NCBI GenBank assembly: GCA_965279035.1
Contig: OZ257142.1
Location: 1,024,001 to 1,088,000 of the forward strand
Origin: Bacteroidia bacterium
Lineage (GTDB): Bacteria > Bacteroidota > Bacteroidia > M30B66
DNA length: 64,000 nucleotides
Direction: 5' to 3'
Position 1 is the stretch's first letter. Every line of letters begins with the position of its first letter. The position numbers were made by a program, and so were the translations under genes. The notes under the pieces were generated by a model, which searched no databases, was not told the origin of the DNA, and worked only from the letters and a program-made list of their open reading frames with translations. This document shows, piece by piece, positions 57,693 through 64,000 of this stretch.

Positions 57693-58463
57693 TTATTGAT
57701 CGGTGCTTATACCTGCTACGATGTTATTTCTAACGCGAGTTGACAAACCATAATTTATGGTTGATTGCGTATTGTTGTCGGTTGATATATCGAGTCCATT
57801 AAAAACAGTTGCCAGATTCGCTTTTAAATGAATTGTTCTGCCATCACATGCTTTAATATTCAATGGATTATTAAAGGTAAGTGTTATATCAGTTCGATAA
57901 TTTCCATCCAATCCAATGTGGTAGGAGAAATCATTTCCTGGGTTGTTCGTTGTTATTGAATCGCTCGAATATTTTCCTTCCATAATGGCAAAAAGATAGC
58001 CTTGATTCCAACTCCAATGCATGGATGGTACTTGGATAGCAAGCGGATGACCTGTGGGATAAACTGTTGGATCGGCATGATTTCTTAATGAATCAATTCC
58101 GAAATCGAAACGAATTCCTGAATAAATCCCCAATTCATATTTACCTAAATTGGAATTTAAAGAGGACGGTGTAATTAAATCAACATCCTGATCACCAGAA
58201 TGGGGAACGGTGTCTTTAAGTAGTTGAATACCGGATAAATAGAATTGAGATGTATGAAAAACAACATGCTTTCCATCGCTTAAGGTATAATCGGTATTTA
58301 ATTGAAATGGCAAGTTGTTGTAGTATAATTTAAATTCAAGCGCAACATCTTTGGGTGTTTCACTTAGACAAGGATCTACTTCAACAATAGCTTCATCTTT
58401 TTTGCATGAAGTAAAAAGGACTGCAGTAAAGAAGAAGAGAAATAATAAGGTTGACTTATTCAT
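57693..58463 (-). CDS. MbnP-family lipoprotein
   Basis: FYLS, FGIDS..NH.DP, MHWSWNQGY.F...EG, FSYHIG; lipobox FTSC. Confidence 0.85.
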   Translation of the reverse strand: MNKSTLLFLFFFTAVLFTSCKKDEAIVEVDPCLSETPKDVALEFKLYYNNLPFQLNTDYTLSDGKHVVFHTSQFYLSGIQLLKDTVPHSGDQDVDLITPSSLNSNLGKYELGIYSGIRFDFGIDSLRNHADPTVYPTGHPLAIQVPSMHWSWNQGYLFAIMEGKYSSDSITTNNPGNDFSYHIGLDGNYRTDITLTFNNPLNIKACDGRTIHLKANLATVFNGLDISTDNNTQSTINYGLSTRVRNNIVAGISTDQ

Positions 58464-58928
58464 TTAAATAGTAATTCCAATGCGTTTGTAGACAAAATGA
58501 AGGAGCCAAATTGGACCAATTAAAAGAAATTGAATATCCTTTAAAAAAGAGGGTTTTTTTCCTTCAACCGAATGTCCGTAAAATTGACCAATCCAAGCAA
58601 AAACAAAAAGAAGGATTCCAATTCCCCATAAGGGATAATTTGTAGTAAGCCGGATAGCTTCTGCAATAAAGCCGGTAAATGAAAAGATAATCGACATTCC
58701 AATAGCCAAAGCTGGCGAGAGAATGATATAATACAATACCGCTAAAAGCATAGTAATGTAGGCGAAATTAAAACCAACCGCACTCATGAACTTTGGATTT
58801 GGAATGCTCCATAACATGAGTACAATGCTGAATACAATAGCCGGTACACAAATCCAATGGATGGTTTTGTTTAATTTGTTTTGGTGACTTTCGCTGTATT
58901 CATCGAGCCAATCTTGAATAGGTCTCAT
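58464..58928 (-). CDS. Mpo1-like (DUF962) membrane protein
   Basis: Y.ESHQN..N..IHWICVP, AWIGQFYGH..EGKKPSF..D..FLLIGP; start placed at ATG 58928. Confidence 0.88.
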   Translation of the reverse strand: MRPIQDWLDEYSESHQNKLNKTIHWICVPAIVFSIVLMLWSIPNPKFMSAVGFNFAYITMLLAVLYYIILSPALAIGMSIIFSFTGFIAEAIRLTTNYPLWGIGILLFVFAWIGQFYGHSVEGKKPSFLKDIQFLLIGPIWLLHFVYKRIGITI

Positions 58929-59005
58929 GGGATTGCGTCTTGGAATGCAAGTTAAAGAAAGCAATTCAGGTTTGGATATAGAAATAGATTGCGATTAGTG
59001 AAGTT

Positions 59006-59034
59006 TTTGAATCCTGAAAAAATACTTAGTTTTG
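59006..59034 (+). promoter_or_regulatory. Promoter of tRNA-Pro / yebC
   Basis: TTTG-17 nt-TAGTTTTG. Confidence 0.65.
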
Positions 59035-59046
59035 ACTCCTCTTTTT

Positions 59047-59120
59047 CGGGATGTGGCTCAGCCTGGTAGAGTACTCGTCTGGGGGGCGAGGGGTCGTGGG
59101 TTCAAATCCCGCCATCCCGA
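59047..59120 (+). tRNA. tRNA-Pro (GGG), CCA not encoded
   Basis: Acceptor CGGGATG/CATCCCG, D arm GCTC..GAGT, anticodon arm CTCGT-CTGGGGG-GCGAG, T loop TTCAAAT. Confidence 0.96.
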
Positions 59121-59170
59121 CTGAAAAAAGAATCCGGATTCTACCAAAAGATCCAGATAAAAAATAGTAC

Positions 59171-59878
59171 ATGGGAAGAGCATTCGAATTTCGTCGTGCG
59201 CGTAAAGAAAAGCGCTGGAGTAAAATGGCAAAGGATTTTGTCAAAATGGGAAAACAATTGTCTATGGCTGTAAAGCAAGGCGGTCCTGATCCTGAAACAA
59301 ATCCAACATTGCGTGTAGTGATTCAAAACTGCAAGGCTTTGAATATGCCCAAAGACAATATTGAATCGGCAATTAAGCGAGCTTCAGCAAAAGATGCAAA
59401 GGACTTAGATGAAATTGTGTATGAAGGATATGGTCCTTATGGAGTTGCAGTTTTAGTTGAAACGGCTACAGATAATTCTACGCGAACTGTTGCCAATGTA
59501 AGGATGTATTTTTCTCGTGCCGAAGGTGCTTTAGGAAAGACCGGATCATTGGATTTTATTTTTGATCGGAAAGCCGTTTTTACTTTGGGATTAGAAGGCT
59601 TGGATCTAGAAGAATTGGAATTAGAACTGATTGATTTTGGTCTAGAAGAAATTTTTGAAGAGGACGGGAAAGTCTATTTATACACGTCTTTCAAAGATTT
59701 TGGAGGAATGCAACATGAGTTAGAACGTTTGCAACTCAATATCATTAGTTCTGAATTGGTTCGTTTGCCTAATAGCACTGTTGAATTAAGTCCTGAACAA
59801 GAAGAGGAAATTAATGCTCTTGTAGAAAAGATGGAAGACGATGATGATGTTCTACATGTCTTTACCAATATGAAGTAA
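59171..59878 (+). CDS. yebC: YebC/PmpR (TACO1) family protein
   Basis: MGRAFE.R, GGPDP..NP.LR, NMPKDNIE.AIK, YEGYGP.GV, TDN..RT, DDDDV..VF.N. Confidence 0.93.
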   Translation: MGRAFEFRRARKEKRWSKMAKDFVKMGKQLSMAVKQGGPDPETNPTLRVVIQNCKALNMPKDNIESAIKRASAKDAKDLDEIVYEGYGPYGVAVLVETATDNSTRTVANVRMYFSRAEGALGKTGSLDFIFDRKAVFTLGLEGLDLEELELELIDFGLEEIFEEDGKVYLYTSFKDFGGMQHELERLQLNIISSELVRLPNSTVELSPEQEEEINALVEKMEDDDDVLHVFTNMK

Positions 59879-59881
59879 TTT

Positions 59882-62116
59882 CTAATGTTTTATAATTAAT
59901 CGGAGATTCTTTGTTTGTCGATGTTTGTTGATGATATTGACAATATAAACTCCGCTAGACAAATTACTTATTTCAATAAGTTGATTTCGAATTATTAGTG
60001 ATTCCTGTTTTATAATTCTTCCAGAGATATCATATATCGTGATATTCGCAGGAAGATTTAATGATTCTGAATTAATTTGAAATGCGTTGTTCGTTGGATT
60101 TGGATACAAATTGATATTATTCAACTTCGATTGAATTTCACTAATTCCTGTTGGCTCTTGTCCTTGAAAGAAATTCAAGCCACCACGTTTAAAACCAAGA
60201 ATCATTTCTGGAAATCCATCGGAATTGAGATCTGAGATTGTTGGGGCAGACCAATCCCCATCTTTGATTGAGGCTAAACTCGAATCGAGAATGGTAAAAG
60301 GTGCAATTAAATCGTTTGAGTTTAGTTTCCAGAGATAGACATTTCCCGACTCACTTCCACTAAAAATGAATTTTCCCTGACTATTGCTGAAATAACAAGG
60401 TGAACTATAGCCGTAGTTACTGAAATTCTCTTCTATGGTTTCTACATTCCCAAAATTAGTGATCGAAGGTGTAGATGGAAAGTTTGATAATGTGGTAGTT
60501 CCGTTGTTAAAGTAACACTGTAATCGACCTGACTTTCCACCAAGAATTAGATCCTTCTTACCATCCTGATTGATATCGGCAAACGTAGGGCAAGCATACT
60601 GATCTGCGGTGATGGATGAAGCAATACCATTCGAAATAGTATAGTCATTTCCTGTTGCATTTTTAAGCAGAACGATAAGCGAGCCGGATAAGGAACCTAC
60701 AATGAGATCCGATTTTCCATCTCCATTCAAATCAGCGGCAGCAGGAGCTAGATGTTTTGCATTCAACGAACGCAATTGGGCAATGTCGGCATTAACAACT
60801 TTATAGCTAGGTGCATTATTACTTCCTATATTTTCGAGCAATTGAAGTGATGCTCTATAATTACCAGTTAGCACAGGATTCACATTGGGCTCGAATTCTC
60901 CGAAATTTCCAACGATCACATCTAAATCTCCATCATTATCATTGTCGATAAAACAAGGATATGCACCTCGTCCTAAATCGAATATTTCATGACTCAAGAA
61001 AGTCGATTCTGTTCCAGTGAAATTGAATGAAGTATTGTTCGATGGATAGCTGAGAGCAAGTCGGCCTTTGTTGATTGATTGATCATCTGTATTGGGAGCA
61101 ATTACTAGATCAGGAAGGCTATCAGCATTGCAATGAATCCGAAATGCTCCCGGATAAATAGGAATTTGATATGTTGAAAATGCAGAAGGATAATTTGAAG
61201 GTGTTTGAATAATAACATCCAATCCATTCAAGGGATTGTTGATCAAGCATTTAATGTCGGGATAGGATATGTCTCCCAATAAAAGATCCTTATCTCCATC
61301 ATGATCAATATCATCTAATAGTAAGGTGGAACCAAAATGTCGAACTCCGGAACTTCTGCCGCAACTGTCCTGCAGATTGATTGAATTATTGATTGAGCTT
61401 TCGGTGAATTTCCCCCAATTTTCGGTGACTAATTCATATCGGATTGAATCGGAATTCCCAAATAATTCTTGAGATAAATTCCGATGATATTCTACACAGG
61501 TTCCAAGAATATAAAAGGTCACAATGTCCAAATCGCCATCATTATCTACATCGTCAATACCTGGGAAATCAACTGGGCTCACATATAAATTAAGCAACCC
61601 ATTTCCATAATCTGAATAAAGTAAATCGGTTACAGTAGTAAATTGAGTGGTAATAGAAGTGGGCGAGGTGTTTTTAATGATTTTTATTCCATTCCCAGCA
61701 GAAGTAAAAATATCGGGCTTGCCATCTAAATTATAATCTCGGATCAGCATCCAATCGTGCATCGGAGGGAAGAGCGATTCAAATTCAGGAGCATAATGAA
61801 AGGAATTTCCATCAGCATTTCTAACAAAGCAAAGCAGCTTGTTTCCCGTTCTTTCGAAAACAATTACATCGAGCAAGCCATCACCATTGAGTTCACACTC
61901 GTTAAACTGTGGTGCATTTAAACCACCAGCCCAGCCATTGGGAAATGCGTTTTGTTCATTTAAACCAAAAAGAGGAATTGATTGATTCTTACTAAATCCA
62001 AAAGGAGATTGTGCCGAAAGTTTACTATTTCCTATGAAAAGCAGAAACAGTAAAATCGTTAACTTGAATGAGCTTGTGCATTCAATAGGAAACAAGCGAA
62101 TCAACAATGGGTGCAT
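59882..62116 (-). CDS. FG-GAP/VCBS-repeat T9SS cargo protein
   Basis: About eight DxDxDGxxD Ca-binding motifs; C-terminal LYPNP...GVYIV...LIIKH sorting domain. Confidence 0.85.
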   Translation of the reverse strand: MHPLLIRLFPIECTSSFKLTILLFLLFIGNSKLSAQSPFGFSKNQSIPLFGLNEQNAFPNGWAGGLNAPQFNECELNGDGLLDVIVFERTGNKLLCFVRNADGNSFHYAPEFESLFPPMHDWMLIRDYNLDGKPDIFTSAGNGIKIIKNTSPTSITTQFTTVTDLLYSDYGNGLLNLYVSPVDFPGIDDVDNDGDLDIVTFYILGTCVEYHRNLSQELFGNSDSIRYELVTENWGKFTESSINNSINLQDSCGRSSGVRHFGSTLLLDDIDHDGDKDLLLGDISYPDIKCLINNPLNGLDVIIQTPSNYPSAFSTYQIPIYPGAFRIHCNADSLPDLVIAPNTDDQSINKGRLALSYPSNNTSFNFTGTESTFLSHEIFDLGRGAYPCFIDNDNDGDLDVIVGNFGEFEPNVNPVLTGNYRASLQLLENIGSNNAPSYKVVNADIAQLRSLNAKHLAPAAADLNGDGKSDLIVGSLSGSLIVLLKNATGNDYTISNGIASSITADQYACPTFADINQDGKKDLILGGKSGRLQCYFNNGTTTLSNFPSTPSITNFGNVETIEENFSNYGYSSPCYFSNSQGKFIFSGSESGNVYLWKLNSNDLIAPFTILDSSLASIKDGDWSAPTISDLNSDGFPEMILGFKRGGLNFFQGQEPTGISEIQSKLNNINLYPNPTNNAFQINSESLNLPANITIYDISGRIIKQESLIIRNQLIEISNLSSGVYIVNIINKHRQTKNLRLIIKH

Positions 62117-62612
62117 AATTCATAAGTGCTTGACGACCGTTGAGGAATTCCAGTTCGACTAAAAACGAGAAACCAGCAATGTGCGCTTGTTGTTTTAATA
62201 TGAGTTCTGCAGCAGCCATTGCGGTTCCACCAGTTGCAAGCAAATCGTCATGGACAAGCACTTTCCACTCGGGTTTGATGGCATCGATGTGCATTTCGAC
62301 AGTCGCCGATCCATATTCAAGCGAATAGGAATATTGAATTGTTTTATATGGAAGCTTTCCTGCTTTACGAACTGGTATAAAAGGTACGTTGAATTGTTGT
62401 GCGAGCAGCATTCCGAAAAGAAAACCACGGCTTTCAACTCCAACTATAGCGTCAATTTCAATATTGTCGAATGCTTTTGCGAGTTCTTGGGTAATCTCTC
62501 TGCATAACAAAGGATTTTCTAAAATAGGAGTAATGTCTTTAAATAAAATTCCCGGTTTTGGGAAATCGGCAACATCACGAATACTAGCTTTTACTCTTTC
62601 TTGGATTGTCAT
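62082..62612 (-). CDS. apt: Adenine phosphoribosyltransferase
   Basis: DFPKPGILFKDITP, ESRGF, RKAGKLP, LEYG, DDLLATGGT. Confidence 0.96.
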   Translation of the reverse strand: MTIQERVKASIRDVADFPKPGILFKDITPILENPLLCREITQELAKAFDNIEIDAIVGVESRGFLFGMLLAQQFNVPFIPVRKAGKLPYKTIQYSYSLEYGSATVEMHIDAIKPEWKVLVHDDLLATGGTAMAAAELILKQQAHIAGFSFLVELEFLNGRQALMNYAPIVDSLVSY

Positions 62613-63514
62613 TCAAGTTTTACATAATGGACCAATTTATCATACATCTCAGGTCGAAGGGTATAGATTTTCTTCAGCTCCAAAATGGATTTATAGGGTC
62701 CGTGTTGAAGCCGGTAATTTACAATGCTTTTGCCCACACCGTACCAACAATATGGATGTTTTTGAATTTCTTCGAGTGAAATGGTATTGATGTTTAATCT
62801 AGTGATTAAGCTGGTGTCGATATTTATTTGTGTTTGAATGGTATTCAATAAAGAATCGCTTAGCCCTTTGATTTCTAGTAGTTGGGAAATGGAATAATAT
62901 CCTCCTAATTGATTTCTCCGTTTGATAATTCTTCTTGCCCAGCCTGGTCCAATTCCTTTCAGTGAGATAAGTTCGATTGAATCGGCGGTGTTCAATTCCA
63001 GCATTTTGAAACGTGTTTGAGTGTATTCTTTTTTATACCCATTCACATGTTTGTCGTAAAGTGGTTTTGAAGGAATTGTGAGAAATGGTTCTAATGATTG
63101 ATACCGTTCTTCGGTCATGCAAAAGATCTTTTGTACATCTTCCTTGTAACGAAAACCCTTGCAAATGCTACGAAACTTGATAATTGAACTGGCTTCTTTT
63201 TCTGAAAACCCAATCCCAATCCAATCCACTTTATTCGCTTTATTAGGATCGAACGGCTTGCTAATAATCAACGTTCGGTTATTAGAACTCGAATACGGCT
63301 TTTCAATTTCTTGAAGAGAATCGTTTTTCTGTTGCAGCGCAATCCATTGTTGAATTGCCTGCATCTCGTTTGGATCGATCTTAATTTCTCCTGGAGGCAA
63401 GCTGTTGAGGTAAAAACGAATACCAATAACAATTACCAAAATAATACTGAGTGCCATCACGCCTCGCTGATCGGTGCGAGAGAATAAAAGGAATTCACGA
63501 ATCACAGTTTTCAT
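62609..63514 (-). CDS. ComEA-like helix-hairpin-helix DNA-binding membrane protein
   Basis: N-terminal TM; FDPN, LELNTADS..L..LKGIG...A.RII..R..LGG, LNINT; start placed at ATG 63514. Confidence 0.82.
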   Translation of the reverse strand: MKTVIREFLLFSRTDQRGVMALSIILVIVIGIRFYLNSLPPGEIKIDPNEMQAIQQWIALQQKNDSLQEIEKPYSSSNNRTLIISKPFDPNKANKVDWIGIGFSEKEASSIIKFRSICKGFRYKEDVQKIFCMTEERYQSLEPFLTIPSKPLYDKHVNGYKKEYTQTRFKMLELNTADSIELISLKGIGPGWARRIIKRRNQLGGYYSISQLLEIKGLSDSLLNTIQTQINIDTSLITRLNINTISLEEIQKHPYCWYGVGKSIVNYRLQHGPYKSILELKKIYTLRPEMYDKLVHYVKLE

Positions 63515-63591
63515 GACAGATGTTTTTAGCAAACTTCCGAAATGAAAATCCAAAGATTCGTCTGTGAAACGTGTATATACGTTTAAAACGC

Positions 63592-64000
63592 TTAGCTCTG
63601 GTACTTCTTCAACTGCTCATCCAAAATGGCAAGTCCTTCCCGGAAACTGTGTGGATGATATCCTAACACACGTTCCGACTTAGATAAATCGAAACCTGTA
63701 CGCGGCGGACGTTTAGCTGGTTGATTCAAGGTGCTAGAAGAAACGGTGTTGATGATGCTTTTATCGTAACCATAAAAATCGGCCACTTGATGCACCAATT
63801 CTAGAACGCTCATGTAGTCTTTCCCAGAAATATTGAAAATCCCATTGGCATGTTTCTCAGCTGCAAGTAGACATCCTTCAGCCAAATCTTCGGCAAGGGT
63901 TGGCATGCGGAATTGATCATCAACCACATTGATGGGCGCTCCTTTTTCGAGTGCACCTTTTGCCCAAAGAACCACATTCGAACGGCTCATGTGATCCACC
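63592..64000 (-). CDS. RmlD/RfbD-like SDR oxidoreductase, C-terminal part (5' end outside window)
   Basis: VVDDQFRMPT.A.DLA, GIFNISG, AKRP..T. Confidence 0.8.
   Translation of the reverse strand, partial: VDHMSRSNVVLWAKGALEKGAPINVVDDQFRMPTLAEDLAEGCLLAAEKHANGIFNISGKDYMSVLELVHQVADFYGYDKSIINTVSSSTLNQPAKRPPRTGFDLSKSERVLGYHPHSFREGLAILDEQLKKYQS

Noticed and set aside
54829-58463. Methanobactin biosynthetic cluster
   Set aside because: No mbnA precursor, mbnB or mbnC; MbnP/MbnH pairs are widespread outside methanobactin producers
59047-59120. tRNA-Pro as an island integration site
   Set aside because: I saw no duplicated tRNA 3' end and no adjacent integrase; it is followed directly by the core gene yebC
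59026-59326. Minus-strand ORFs containing VGMAGFEPTTPRPPDEYST
   Set aside because: Translation artefact of the antisense tRNA sequence
1-64000. CRISPR array, IS element, prophage, rRNA
   Set aside because: No spaced direct-repeat array, transposase, phage gene or rRNA-like sequence seen; nearly all of the window is accounted for by CDS

Overview
AT-rich, very gene-dense chromosomal segment of an aerobic Bacteroidota bacterium. Evidence: TAnnTTTG -7 promoters, T9SS C-terminal sorting domains, a Bacteroidota-type alternative complex III operon and bS21 with Tyr54; a lower rank cannot be assigned from this window. Most of it is core genome: USP genes, a class III aminotransferase, nusB, leucine dehydrogenase, an ABC exporter, queG, ruvB, actABCDEF-coxBA, rimP-nusA-infB, exbB-exbD-exbD-tonB, yajQ, rpsU, xerC, pit, tRNA-Pro(GGG), yebC and apt. 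I saw no CRISPR array, prophage or IS. The best candidate for an undescribed system is 11765-17863. There, five adjacent envelope proteins each carry a cysteine pair: T9SS cargo CxxxC, T9SS-secreted thioredoxin CGPC, periplasmic TlpA CKPC, an outer-membrane beta-barrel whose only two mature Cys form CVGGVC, and an Omp28-like lipoprotein CGNC. This suggests a thiol-disulfide relay across the outer membrane. The second candidate is a duplicated, apparently surface-targeted MbnP-MbnP-MbnH-MbnH operon led by an Mpo1-like gene (54829-58928). Family names come from motif recognition and memory; no database search was run.
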